Assembly (NCBI GenBank): GCA_000998425.1 | Contig: LCDG01000001.1 | Span: 10,558-74,557, forward strand | DNA from: Candidatus Nomurabacteria bacterium GW2011_GWC2_42_20 | GTDB taxonomy: Bacteria > Patescibacteriota > Minisyncoccia > Phycocordibacterales > UBA1550 | Length of the DNA: 64,000 bases | Direction of reading: 5' to 3' | The notes under the pieces: model-generated | The model's database searches: none | What the model was told of the DNA's origin: nothing | Seen by the model: only the letters and a program-made list of their open reading frames with translations | Translations under genes and position numbers: made by a program | In this document: positions 39,835-49,766 of the stretch, one piece after another | Layout of the letters: every line of letters begins with the position of its first letter | How positions within the stretch are numbered: position 1 is the first letter of the stretch

Positions 39835-40779
39835 ATGGAAAATGAAACACAAAATAAAATAGCAGAAAATTCTTCTCAAACTAGACTTGGGAAAAAGTAT
39901 ACATCAATTGCTGCTTTTGCGATTGCTTCAGTAATTTTTGTGGGGGGGATGTATGCTGGTGGAATTGGAGATATAGCTAGCATTAATGAGGAGTCTGCCC
40001 CCATTGTAGCGGAATCACAAACGCAGGTTTCAGAAGAAACAGTGCTTCCGCATGGGGGAGTTGAGTTGCAAGTAGTGTGGGGCAATTTGGGTTCAAAACT
40101 TGTTGATGCCGGAGCGATAGACACTGACAAATTCAAAGCGATATACGAGCAGAGAGGGGTATTCACAGATGAATATGAAACTCTGCTTTTTGGGCAAAGC
40201 AATGGTAATCTTAAAATAACGAAAGACAACGCTGGATATCTCCTTAATCTATTTTGGGCGCTTGGTCTTGCAAGCAAGAATCCCATTTTAGATTCTGGTG
40301 AAATGGCGGATATTGCGTATGGTGGAGCTGGAAATTTTGCCTCAACGGGCGGATGGACGCTCTCAAAAGGGAACGCGATGGGGCACTACAGCAAGCATTC
40401 GTTCTTCGAGTTAACAACAGAGCAACAAGCGCTTGTAGACAAAGTGTCTAGAGGGATATACAGACCATGTTGTGGTAACTCTACGCACTTTCCTGATTGC
40501 AATCATGGCATGGCAATGCTCGGGCTACTGGAACTAATGGCTTCACAAGGGGCGAGCGAACAGGAGATGTGGAATACCGCATTGATAATCAATTCTTACT
40601 GGTTTCCCGATACGTACATCACCATCGCAACGTACATGAAAAGTAAAGGGATTGAATGGAAGCACGTGTCGCCACAGGAAGTGCTTGGTATCAACTATTC
40701 AAGCGCGTCTGGGTACGCGCAAGTTGCTTCAAAGGTCACAATGCCTAAACAGCAAAGCGGAGGGAGTTGCGGAGCTTGA
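39835..40779 (+). CDS. hypothetical secreted protein with a Cys-rich C-terminal region
   Basis: 314 aa, TM/signal anchor; ...CCGNSTHFPDCNHGMAML... Confidence 0.45.
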   Translation: MENETQNKIAENSSQTRLGKKYTSIAAFAIASVIFVGGMYAGGIGDIASINEESAPIVAESQTQVSEETVLPHGGVELQVVWGNLGSKLVDAGAIDTDKFKAIYEQRGVFTDEYETLLFGQSNGNLKITKDNAGYLLNLFWALGLASKNPILDSGEMADIAYGGAGNFASTGGWTLSKGNAMGHYSKHSFFELTTEQQALVDKVSRGIYRPCCGNSTHFPDCNHGMAMLGLLELMASQGASEQEMWNTALIINSYWFPDTYITIATYMKSKGIEWKHVSPQEVLGINYSSASGYAQVASKVTMPKQQSGGSCGA

Positions 40780-40794
40780 TGCAGTTTTATGAGC

Positions 40795-40830
40795 TAAAAA
40801 ATACCGCCATCCGTGCGGTATTTTTTTTTG
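40795..40830. terminator. bidirectional intrinsic terminator between convergent genes
   Basis: aaaaa-ataccgc-catccgt-gcggtat-ttttttttt. Confidence 0.7.
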
Positions 40831-40903
40831 CTGGGACGATTTTGACTAGGCAGTAATAAGCGACTGTGTGAACTATGCCAAATGACGTGTCGTCGTACGT
40901 ATC

Positions 40904-41332
40904 TTACAATGAGCCAAGAATATAGTATGCAAGCTCTGCCTGGACTCCTGCATTACTGTGTTTACGCTCTCTGTTGAAAGGTATCGTTGCGTCACCACCG
41001 CACCTATTAATTATTTCGCTTTGCCCACCTGGATGCATAGGGATGTACGAGGTAAGGTCATATACTTTTTCGTTAATGATTACCCAGCAATCACTTTCTG
41101 AGGAATGCTTCGCTACTTCTGTTGTTGTGAATTTTTTTTCAGAAACTGGTTTTGAAGGTTCTGTAACAATTTGTTGGCTTGGTTTCTCTGTAATCACAAC
41201 TGGTTCTGTGGCTATTGATTTTGTCGTGTAAATAACAGTTTTTTCATCTGTCGAGTCAAATATGTTTGTTGTGAAGGCGATTATGGTTGTCGTTATAACT
41301 GCAAACAAAGCAATCAAGGTAATTTTTTTCAT
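40904..41332 (-). CDS. membrane-anchored cytochrome b5-like heme-binding domain protein
   Basis: 142 aa; N-terminal TM; ...HSSESDCWVIINEKVYDLTSYIPMHPGGQSEII... (cyt b5 HPGG motif). Confidence 0.7.
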   Translation of the reverse strand: MKKITLIALFAVITTTIIAFTTNIFDSTDEKTVIYTTKSIATEPVVITEKPSQQIVTEPSKPVSEKKFTTTEVAKHSSESDCWVIINEKVYDLTSYIPMHPGGQSEIINRCGGDATIPFNRERKHSNAGVQAELAYYILGSL

Positions 41333-41444
41333 TTTTTGATTGTATCAATAATTTATGTTGGATTGCAAATTTTTCAATATTTTACATTTTTAAAATGGTG
41401 TATAATACAACTATTAGCAAATGGTTCTAAATTAATACAAAATT

Positions 41445-42206
41445 ATGTTCAATTTACAAGGAAAAGTAGCTCTTGTAACCGGTGCGAGACGAGGGATGGG
41501 ACGCACGCATGCGCTTTCGCTTGCGGGGCAGGGAGCAAAAGTTGTTATTACTGATATTGATTTAGCTCAATGCGAACTTGTCGCTGATGAGGTGCGCGCA
41601 AATGGTGGCGATGTGATTTGCTTCAAAATGGATGTTTCTAATAAGGCAGATGTGGAGAGCGTATTTGACCAAGTGATTGCGAAATACGGGAAACTAGATA
41701 TTTTTGTAAATAATGCCGGCATTTATCAGTCGAAGCCTTTTTTGGAAATGACAGAGGAAGACTGGGACAGAACTATTGATATAAATTTGAAAGGGTATTT
41801 CCATTGCGCTCAGCGTGCAGCAAAAGAAATGGCGAAAAATAATTGGGGAAGAATTGTAAATATTGCATCTATTGCCTCAGGAGGAGTAGGCGTAGGTATC
41901 GCGGGTGGAGCTCACTACACGGCTTCAAAGGGAGGCATTATTGGTTTGACTGAAACACTTGCTATTGAGCTAGCGCCTCTTGGCATAAATGTAAATGCAA
42001 TCGGGCCGGGAGCTATTGATACACCAATGGTGCAGGCGGCAAGTCTACCAAAGGAAATTATGGATGCAATGCTCGCTGGAGTGCCTCTCAAACGAATGGG
42101 TCGCCCAGAAGAAGTTTCTGCTGCAGTCGTATTCCTAGCATCTGAGGAAGCAAGCTATGTTACTGGCGCGACGCTCTATGTAGATGGTGGCTGGCTCGCA
42201 GCATAA
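41445..42206 (+). CDS. SDR-family oxidoreductase (FabG-like)
   Basis: Cofactor-binding motif GKVALVTGARRGMG, NNAG motif, catalytic YTASKGG. Confidence 0.9.
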   Translation: MFNLQGKVALVTGARRGMGRTHALSLAGQGAKVVITDIDLAQCELVADEVRANGGDVICFKMDVSNKADVESVFDQVIAKYGKLDIFVNNAGIYQSKPFLEMTEEDWDRTIDINLKGYFHCAQRAAKEMAKNNWGRIVNIASIASGGVGVGIAGGAHYTASKGGIIGLTETLAIELAPLGINVNAIGPGAIDTPMVQAASLPKEIMDAMLAGVPLKRMGRPEEVSAAVVFLASEEASYVTGATLYVDGGWLAA

Positions 42207-42320
42207 GCTACATAAATCTAATCTGTGTTGGGTTATAATAAGAAGACTCTTTTACTCTGGGCAAATGAATGTTTTTCTCTACTTTTTCATTTTGAAGTGC
42301 CGATGTGATATATTAATCTT

Positions 42321-43448
42321 ATGAATTCAGGAAACATTTTCTCAAGACTTTTTTGGAACTATATCTACTCTGGGAGAGAGTGGACTCCCGTGCAGAGTAG
42401 GCAAGTTTCGTTCATCAATGGGTTTTCTATTATAGGTATTTCAAGCGCTGTTGGGTTTGGGCTATATCGTATTTACGTTGGCGAATATGTTCCTGGAGCT
42501 ATTGAAACATCTTTAGGTGTTATTGGTATAGTCAACACATGGTACTTACGCAAAAGCTTTAATGCAAACAGGGCGAGTGCGGTGCTCCTCTCAATAATGG
42601 CCGTGATGATTTCATTCCTATTTTTCAATGGTGGGATTGGAGGGACTGGTTTATATTGGGCGTTTACGTTTCCTGTTCTTACTTTTTTTCTTTTTGATGA
42701 TGAGCTAGGTCTTCGGTGGAATGCTGGACTCCTAATAATTTTAGGCTTAATTTCAATTGCGAAGGCCTTCGGGCTTATAGTGACTCCGTATGACTGGGTC
42801 ACTATACGGCAGGCTTTTTTTAGCTTCTCTGCGGTTGTTGGCTTGCTCTATTTCTATACAAAATTTACTGGTATTAATGCTCGTATTCTTGATGAAAGGA
42901 CAAAGAAAATAGAAGAAGAGTTTAAAAACCAAAAAGAGCAAATTGAATTAGTGGCACAGAACGTACAGAGAGCGCTTAAGGAAAAGATTGATGTATTTTT
43001 TGAGATCTCAGAAGATTTAATGTGTCTTGCAAGTATTGAGGGATATTTCCTTGAAATTAACCCAGCTTTTACAAGGACGCTAGGCTACACCCAAGAGGAG
43101 CTTTTGCACTCTCCTTACATTGACCTCGTCCATACCGAGGATAAAGAAAAAACACTACGAGCGATGGCGAGTCTTGGTGAAGGTAAACCTGTTGAAAATT
43201 TTACAAATCGCTATAAGCGAAAAGATGGTTCGTATACACACCTTTTGTGGAACGCCACGCCTCATAATAGTGTTGTTTATGCAACAGCTCGTCCAATTGA
43301 TAGTATAATAGAAAGCCAAGAGAAACTTCAAATAAGACTTGCAGAATTTGAAAAGCTTAATCGCCTTATGGTGGACCGCGAGCTTGCTATGGTTGAAATG
43401 AAGAAGGAACTACTTGCGGTGAAGGCAGAAAATCAAACGAAATTGTAG
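42321..43448 (+). CDS. membrane-integrated PAS-domain sensor protein (no kinase/output domain in this ORF)
   Basis: ~6 N-terminal TM helices, PAS-like ...FEISEDLMCLASIEGYFLEINPAFTRTLGYTQEELLHSPYIDLVHTED..., C-terminal coiled coil. Confidence 0.65.
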   Translation: MNSGNIFSRLFWNYIYSGREWTPVQSRQVSFINGFSIIGISSAVGFGLYRIYVGEYVPGAIETSLGVIGIVNTWYLRKSFNANRASAVLLSIMAVMISFLFFNGGIGGTGLYWAFTFPVLTFFLFDDELGLRWNAGLLIILGLISIAKAFGLIVTPYDWVTIRQAFFSFSAVVGLLYFYTKFTGINARILDERTKKIEEEFKNQKEQIELVAQNVQRALKEKIDVFFEISEDLMCLASIEGYFLEINPAFTRTLGYTQEELLHSPYIDLVHTEDKEKTLRAMASLGEGKPVENFTNRYKRKDGSYTHLLWNATPHNSVVYATARPIDSIIESQEKLQIRLAEFEKLNRLMVDRELAMVEMKKELLAVKAENQTKL

Positions 43449-43499
43449 AAATACTTGGCGTTTCTGGCGAAATAGGGTATGGTGTGAGGGCTTAATACT

Positions 43500-44972
43500 A
43501 TGGCACAAGGAGAAGTTATCGTACGATTCGAAAATGTATCGTTTGAATACGGGCACAATAAACCCATCTTAGATGATGTGTCTTTTGCTGTGCGTCGCGG
43601 GGCAAAACTTACACTGATGGGACAAAACGGCGCCGGCAAGTCCTCGCTCTTCGCGCTTATCACCGGAGCAAATAAGCCTGAAGACGGAGATATCCATATA
43701 GGGAAAGGTGTATCAATTGCTATATCAAAGCAGGTTGTTCCTCGCGATCAGCTTGAGCTCACTGTGAGGGAGTTTTTTGAAAAATGTTTTCCTAAAAAAA
43801 TATACGACCTCGACCCTAAAATAGACGATGTGCTTGAAGTAGTGAACTTGAAAGGACACGAAAAAATGCATGACCGAATCATCAAATCTTTTTCTGGTGG
43901 TCAGCAGGCGCGACTACTTCTTGCTTCGGCTCTCATTCAGGACCCCGATGTACTTCTTCTTGATGAACCGACCAACAATCTCGATAAGGCAGGGATTGCG
44001 CACCTCACTGATTTTCTTAAAGAGTATAAAAAAACAGTTATTGTTATTTCTCACGATGCCGAGTTTTTGAACTCGTTCACCGAAGGTGTGCTCTATTTAA
44101 ATATTTATACACGCAAAATTGAAAATTATGTTGGTGACTATTTTGCAGTTGTAAAACAAATCACCGCGCAGATTGAAAAAGAAAACATGAAGAACGCGCA
44201 ACTTGCAAAAGAGATTCAAGCAAACAAGGACAAAGCAAACTTTTTCGCGATGAAGGGAGGTCAAATGCGCATGGTGGCAAAGCGCATGCGCGAGAAGGTG
44301 GAGGAAATGGAAGAGGCAAAAGTGGATATTCGCAAGGAAGACAAAACGATTCGCGCATTTACTATTCCATCACAGCCCGAACTTACTGGGGAGCTTTTGA
44401 ACATCTCATCATTTTCTGTATTAAAAAATCACAAGCCAGTTGAAAAGAAAATAAAACTCTCACTCAAGAAAAAGTTTCATCTATTGCTTGCAGGACCAAA
44501 CGGAATCGGTAAATCTACACTTCTGGAATCAATTGCGACAGGGAATGCAAAAGGCGCAAAGATTGCCGAGGGTGTGCGGGTGGGCTACTATCGTCAGGAT
44601 TTTTCTACACTGGACTTTAGCGACACAGTGTACCAGTCGCTTGCTCGCGCGGCGCAGGCTGTGGATGGCAAGCTAGATGAAGAACGTATGCGCGCCGTTG
44701 CCGCAAGTTTCCTGATTACGTCTGATGTGATTTATACAAAGATTGGTAGTCTTTCAGAGGGGCAGAAGGGGCTTGTGGCCTTTGCTCAGCTTGTGCTTGA
44801 GAAACCAGGTTTACTAATTTTAGACGAACCAACAAACCATATCAACTTTCGCCATTTGCCAGTTATTGCAAAGGCTTTAGATCAATACGAAGGTGCGATG
44901 ATCCTCGTTTCTCATGTTCCTGAATTTGTGCATCAGATTCGAATTGATGAGGTGCTGGATTTGGATAAGTAG
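43500..44972 (+). CDS. ABC-F family ATPase (tandem ABC domains, no TMD)
   Basis: Two Walker A motifs (GQNGAGKSS; GPNGIGKST), two signature/Walker B sets (FSGGQQARLLLA...LLLDEPTNNLD; LSEGQKGLVAF...LILDEPTNHIN), and an inter-domain linker. Confidence 0.9.
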   Translation: MAQGEVIVRFENVSFEYGHNKPILDDVSFAVRRGAKLTLMGQNGAGKSSLFALITGANKPEDGDIHIGKGVSIAISKQVVPRDQLELTVREFFEKCFPKKIYDLDPKIDDVLEVVNLKGHEKMHDRIIKSFSGGQQARLLLASALIQDPDVLLLDEPTNNLDKAGIAHLTDFLKEYKKTVIVISHDAEFLNSFTEGVLYLNIYTRKIENYVGDYFAVVKQITAQIEKENMKNAQLAKEIQANKDKANFFAMKGGQMRMVAKRMREKVEEMEEAKVDIRKEDKTIRAFTIPSQPELTGELLNISSFSVLKNHKPVEKKIKLSLKKKFHLLLAGPNGIGKSTLLESIATGNAKGAKIAEGVRVGYYRQDFSTLDFSDTVYQSLARAAQAVDGKLDEERMRAVAASFLITSDVIYTKIGSLSEGQKGLVAFAQLVLEKPGLLILDEPTNHINFRHLPVIAKALDQYEGAMILVSHVPEFVHQIRIDEVLDLDK

Positions 44973-45055
44973 AAAAGTCTTGAACTTTTTGAGCTTGCAA
45001 TTCTCTGTACATTTACATAGTATCAACGTAGATCATTCTTTAAAAGGAGAAAGTC

Positions 45056-45874
45056 ATGGAATTCTTTCCATTAGTAGGTGGTAAAAAGTTGCCAGAAGTC
45101 TATCATCTAGGCTTTAGTGGCACACATTTTCAGGTTTTTGTGACTCTTGAGTATTGGCTTAAATTTGTGAGTCTCACTGGAGCTGAAACGCACTATGCCT
45201 CACGTCATGGGCAGGAATACATATCACCGTCCATCTTTGGTGGCTCGTTTGGCTGGTATGGTTGCGCCAGAGTATCAAAGAGTCTCGATGATTTTGTATG
45301 TATCGAGGTTCCAGCGTTTGTTAATGAAAGCAATACTGTGGAGCCTGTTGCTCAAATGCGAGACCTTGGATCCACTCTTGCAAATATCTTCTTCATTTTG
45401 CAACATTTGATCTATGAGTATGATGAGCAAAACGTGGAAATGCAACAAGGATGCCATACGCAACTTTTTGTTGTAGAAACTTTTTTATCACGAGAACCAA
45501 CGCAGTTTCATGGTGCAGGGCTCGAGCTAGCTGTTTCTACACAGGCACGTAAGTATCTTGAAGGACTTGGTAGGCAGATTGAGCTTGAAAGAGCAATAGA
45601 AGCAATGAAGTCGCATTTTTTTATGCCTCATGTTGATGGGCAGCTTCAAGTCAGGTCTTGGCGTGGTGATTTTGTGGTACGGTTGCGTGATAATGGCGTA
45701 TTGCATATGAATACACGCGGTAATTGCGCATGTTTAGGGACTATGCCAAGAGATTTTGGCGACCGGGGCTGTCAACTTTCGAGTCATAATGTAGATACTG
45801 TCAAACAGCAATTCAACCTTCTTGTCGGGATTGCCTCAGTTTGGCAGATGGTTCGTGAGGGGTTGCATACATAA
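45056..45874 (+). CDS. hypothetical protein
   Basis: 272-aa ORF, no motif recognised; preceded by an AAGGAG SD. Confidence 0.4.
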   Translation: MEFFPLVGGKKLPEVYHLGFSGTHFQVFVTLEYWLKFVSLTGAETHYASRHGQEYISPSIFGGSFGWYGCARVSKSLDDFVCIEVPAFVNESNTVEPVAQMRDLGSTLANIFFILQHLIYEYDEQNVEMQQGCHTQLFVVETFLSREPTQFHGAGLELAVSTQARKYLEGLGRQIELERAIEAMKSHFFMPHVDGQLQVRSWRGDFVVRLRDNGVLHMNTRGNCACLGTMPRDFGDRGCQLSSHNVDTVKQQFNLLVGIASVWQMVREGLHT

Positions 45875-45896
45875 TCACCTTGTTTTTAGTAAATTT

Positions 45897-45935
45897 AACC
45901 ACAGGCAACTAGTTGTCTGTGGTTTTTGTTTTTTG
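45897..45935 (+). terminator. intrinsic terminator
   Basis: aaccacaggcaac-tag-ttgtctgtggtt followed by tttgttttttg. Confidence 0.65.
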
Positions 45936-45939
45936 ATGT

Positions 45940-46311
45940 ATGAGTTATACTGTTGAAATGGAAAAATTTCGTTTTGGGCATGCTAATAATAGTGACAGTC
46001 CCCAACACAATCTCCCCCTCGAAGAAACAAAGGTCCGATTAAGTGTGGATGAAATTAGGGGGCAACTTTCTATAACAAAACCAATCTTTGATACAGTTCT
46101 TAAAATGCTCAATGACGGTGACACAACTGACATAGAATATATTGCGACATATCAAAAGAACCTCATTAATTGGATGAATGCAATAAAAATAACAGAAGGC
46201 ACCATGAAAAGGGGGAATGAGGAAGTCTTTAATGAAGTAGAGAGGAGACTTTTTCTTATATCAGAAATAATCGAGAGGAATATACCAAATTTGACAAATA
46301 GTTCTAAATAG
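45940..46311 (+). CDS. hypothetical protein
   Basis: 123-aa ORF. Confidence 0.35.
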   Translation: MSYTVEMEKFRFGHANNSDSPQHNLPLEETKVRLSVDEIRGQLSITKPIFDTVLKMLNDGDTTDIEYIATYQKNLINWMNAIKITEGTMKRGNEEVFNEVERRLFLISEIIERNIPNLTNSSK

Positions 46312-46443
46312 TATATACTTGTTATAACTTCATCTCATAGAGTTTTTGTCTCGGGTTTTTCCCGAAAGGGGTTGTCCTAAAAGCACATTCTTCGCATCAC
46401 ACAGAGGCTTCAGAGAAATTAATGAAGAATTAATTATAGGTCT

Positions 46444-47850
46444 GTGAAAGCAGGTCTTTTAGAACAATACAATATGGAACAAAGAAAATCATTTAGTAGA
46501 AGCACAAGCTCTAGTGGTCTCCGTCCAAGACGCGAATCTTCTAATTCGTCACGTTCGAGTTCGTCATCAAGACCTCGCACTGGCGGTGCTTCAAGTGGAA
46601 CGTCGCGTTCGTACTCAAGCTCACGCCAAAAAACAGACGCAACATCAGCGCCTCGCGCATTTTCCTCACGCCCACCACTCGGTCGTACTTTTAATGCATC
46701 ACGCGGAGGCTCTAGTAGGGGCAGTGGTAAGCGTGGACCGCGAAAGGGTCAGCACATCGACATTTCAAGATTCATCAATAAAACTGTTATAACAGAAGAG
46801 GCAGTGGTTTTTACCCCTGAGCACTTGTTCAAGGATTTTATAATCGATGAGCGTTTGAAGGCAAACATTTTAACAAAGGGATACAATGAGCCGACACCGA
46901 TTCAGGACCGCGTTATTCCGCACATTTTGCATGGACACGACCTTGTTGGTATTGCAAATACTGGAACTGGTAAAACAGCCGCGTTTCTTATTCCGCTTAT
47001 CAACAAAGTCCTCGCAAATCCAAAGGAGAAAGTGATTGTGATGGCTCCAACACGCGAGCTTGCTCAGCAAATCGAAATGGAACTCAAGGGTTTTGTAAAA
47101 GGTTTCAAGATTTTCTCGGTGTGCTGTGTTGGCGGCGCAGCTATTGGTCGTCAGATTTCTGATCTCCGCTATCAGCATAATTTTATTATTGGCACACCAG
47201 GACGTATCAAGGATCTGATAGAACGCAAGTGTATCAACCTTGCTGATTTTAAATCAGTCGTCCTCGACGAGGCAGACAGAATGTTGGACATGGGTTTCAT
47301 TCATGACATGCGTTATATGCTTGCGCTCATGCCAAAGGAGCGCCACACACTATTTTTCTCTGCGACGCTTTCGCCTGAGATTGGGGCGCTTATCAAGGAC
47401 TTTTTAAAGGAGCCAGTGATGGTTTCTGTAAAGACTCAAGACACATCAAAGAATGTTGAGCAGGATGTCGTGAAGATAAAGTCAGGGGAGGATAAATTGG
47501 AAGTGCTCCACGACCTTTTGATTCAGCCAGAATTCAAAAAAGTTCTCATCTTCGGAAGAACGAAGCACGGCGTAGAAAAACTTGCAGTAGCACTAGGTAA
47601 AAAGGGTTTCAAGGCGCAGTCTATTCACGGTGATAAGAACCAGGGTCAGCGTCAGCGCGCGCTTGATACTTTCAAAAAAGGTATGGCACAGATTCTCGTG
47701 GCAACAGACGTTGCCGCACGCGGTCTCGACATTGCCGGTGTGTCGCATGTTATAAATTTCGACATTCCTGAAACCTATGATGATTACGTACACCGCATTG
47801 GTCGTACTGGTCGCGCAGGACAGAAGGGTAAAGCACTTACATTTATCTAA
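46444..47850 (+). CDS. DEAD-box ATP-dependent RNA helicase with a ~100-aa Arg/Ser-rich N-terminal extension
   Basis: Q-motif region, motif I NTGTGKTAAF, motif II VLDEADRMLDMGF, SAT, motif VI HRIGRTGRAG. The N-terminus has RS/SR-rich low complexity (...SRSTSSSGLRPRRESSNSSRSSSSSRPRTGG...). Confidence 0.9.
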   Translation: MKAGLLEQYNMEQRKSFSRSTSSSGLRPRRESSNSSRSSSSSRPRTGGASSGTSRSYSSSRQKTDATSAPRAFSSRPPLGRTFNASRGGSSRGSGKRGPRKGQHIDISRFINKTVITEEAVVFTPEHLFKDFIIDERLKANILTKGYNEPTPIQDRVIPHILHGHDLVGIANTGTGKTAAFLIPLINKVLANPKEKVIVMAPTRELAQQIEMELKGFVKGFKIFSVCCVGGAAIGRQISDLRYQHNFIIGTPGRIKDLIERKCINLADFKSVVLDEADRMLDMGFIHDMRYMLALMPKERHTLFFSATLSPEIGALIKDFLKEPVMVSVKTQDTSKNVEQDVVKIKSGEDKLEVLHDLLIQPEFKKVLIFGRTKHGVEKLAVALGKKGFKAQSIHGDKNQGQRQRALDTFKKGMAQILVATDVAARGLDIAGVSHVINFDIPETYDDYVHRIGRTGRAGQKGKALTFI

Positions 47851-47852
47851 AA

Positions 47853-47900
47853 ATAAAAACCAAAAACGCCCAGCAAATGCTGGGCGTTTTTGGTTTTTAT
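47853..47900. terminator. 22-bp-stem perfect palindrome, bidirectional terminator between the DEAD-box gene (+) and the antiporter (-)
   Basis: ataaaaaccaaaaacgcccagc-aaat-gctgggcgtttttggtttttat. Confidence 0.8.
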
Positions 47901-49114
47901 TGTCTTGGGGAATATACTGAGCCCTCTTGGTATTCCTCGAGCGGTTTTTTAGAGGTGAGAAGTCCGAGAATCATCAGGAGACTAGATGCAATAATAACAA
48001 AATATACGATGCCTTCGCTAAAAGCATCGAGTCTAAGCTGAATCGGGATACTGTAGAAAAGAATAATAGTTACAAGACCTCGCGGAGCAATAAAAAGTTC
48101 TGAAATAACATTTGTCTTGAGGATAAATCGTAGAAAGACATAACGTATGATGAGGATTGATACAACAATAAGCGAGCCTATTGTTGCTACGCCTTCATCC
48201 ACGATAAGCGCGAGATTTAGTGTGTAACCAAAAATAAGAAAAAAGAACGTTCGGACAAGGAATGCAGTTTCTGCGGTAATGAGTTTTAGGTCAGCAGAAA
48301 ATAGGCCGGCTTTCTGCCATGCTACCTGCCCAAAAGGAATACTCCTTAGGAGTTGCGTGTTGTTTATGATAAGACCAAAAACCATAATGAGAATAAGCGA
48401 TGGCAGGTGGAGGAGTTTCCCCACAGAGAAGAGAATGATTAGTAAGGAGAAAACTAAGAAGAACTTAACCTGTGCGTTTATGGACTGAATAAAGTATGTC
48501 AATATCAATGAAACGACGATAGAAACAATGATGCTCAATATAATGTCTGAAAAGAATCCGCCTACTGCAGCCCAGTCGACAACCGCTGTAGCAACAATAA
48601 AGTTAAAAAGGAGAATACCAAGGATGTCAGAAAAAGTAGATTCGTAAATAATAAATTCTTTTTTTTCTTCGGTAAAATCTATTACGCTTGGAATAGCGAT
48701 AGCACTACTGATGATCCCAAGTGGGATAGCGTAGACGATTGCGTTGCGAATAGGGATGTCGAGGAGTAGTATAAATATGAGAGAGATGACTCCAGCGGTC
48801 GTGAAAAAGATAACGATAGCAGAAATAAATGACTGACCAATGAGAGAGGCCTTGTCTTTGGTTATCTTGAGGTCAAGCACCCCCTCGAGAACGATTAAGA
48901 TAAGTCCTACTATGCCAAAAAACTGCAGCAGAGTCGTTGCTTGAATAAACGAATAGCCGACAGAGTCCCCAAAGTACCTCAGTCCAACTCCTGTACCAAG
49001 GAGGAGTAGAACAGAAGGAAACTTCAGTTTATTAGAGATGATATTGAATACATACGAAACAACCACCAGAAGTGCCAACACAATCAAGATTGAATATGGG
49101 TCGATTTCTAGCAT
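47897..49114 (-). CDS. cation:proton antiporter (CPA1/CPA2-like Na+/H+ exchanger)
   Basis: 405 aa, ~12 TM helices, typical antiporter hydrophobic organisation. Confidence 0.75.
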   Translation of the reverse strand: MLEIDPYSILIVLALLVVVSYVFNIISNKLKFPSVLLLLGTGVGLRYFGDSVGYSFIQATTLLQFFGIVGLILIVLEGVLDLKITKDKASLIGQSFISAIVIFFTTAGVISLIFILLLDIPIRNAIVYAIPLGIISSAIAIPSVIDFTEEKKEFIIYESTFSDILGILLFNFIVATAVVDWAAVGGFFSDIILSIIVSIVVSLILTYFIQSINAQVKFFLVFSLLIILFSVGKLLHLPSLILIMVFGLIINNTQLLRSIPFGQVAWQKAGLFSADLKLITAETAFLVRTFFFLIFGYTLNLALIVDEGVATIGSLIVVSILIIRYVFLRFILKTNVISELFIAPRGLVTIILFYSIPIQLRLDAFSEGIVYFVIIASSLLMILGLLTSKKPLEEYQEGSVYSPRQ

Positions 49115-49247
49115 TATGCAGATAATTATAGCATTGATTATCTAATTTTAGGCATATTTAGAATCCTAACAGTACTAGATTTTAGCTCCAAAAATGCTAA
49201 AGTGTCTGTAAGAATGGCACATTAAGGCCGTCTTCACTGTTGTAGGC

Positions 49248-49766
49248 ATGAATCCAAATGCGCTTGAACAAGAATTCAATAAAATATATGAACAGTTTGC
49301 CGATGCGATATTTCGGCACTGCGTTTTTCGTGTGTCAGACCGTGAGAAGGCAAAAGATCTGACACAATTAGCGTTTGTACGCCTCTGGGATTACATGTCA
49401 CAAGATAAGGAAATAGACAATACTAGAGCATTTCTTTACCGTATTGCAAACAACCTTATTATTGATGAATATCGAAAAAAGAAGGAAATATCCCTTGATC
49501 AGATGCGTGACGAAGAAGGGTTTGACATTGGGTTTGACACAATGCACAGCATAGAGTCTCGTGACGAGTATGAGCATGCGCAAGCTCTTTTGGAGCAACT
49601 TCCAGACAAATATCGTGAAGCTCTCGTAATGCGGCACATTGATGGGCTCTCTGTAAAAGATATGGCAAGCATTCTTCATGAATCAGAAAATGTAATATCT
49701 GTACGTATTCATAGGGCAATAGAGAAACTCAAGACACTCTCACAAAATAATGGAAAACATAATTAA
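49248..49766 (+). CDS. ECF-type RNA polymerase sigma factor (sigma-70 regions 2 and 4)
   Basis: Region 2 ...KDLTQLAFVRLWDYM...; region 4 ...REALVMRHIDGLSVKDMASILHESENVISVRIHRAIEKLK. Confidence 0.85.
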   Translation: MNPNALEQEFNKIYEQFADAIFRHCVFRVSDREKAKDLTQLAFVRLWDYMSQDKEIDNTRAFLYRIANNLIIDEYRKKKEISLDQMRDEEGFDIGFDTMHSIESRDEYEHAQALLEQLPDKYREALVMRHIDGLSVKDMASILHESENVISVRIHRAIEKLKTLSQNNGKHN

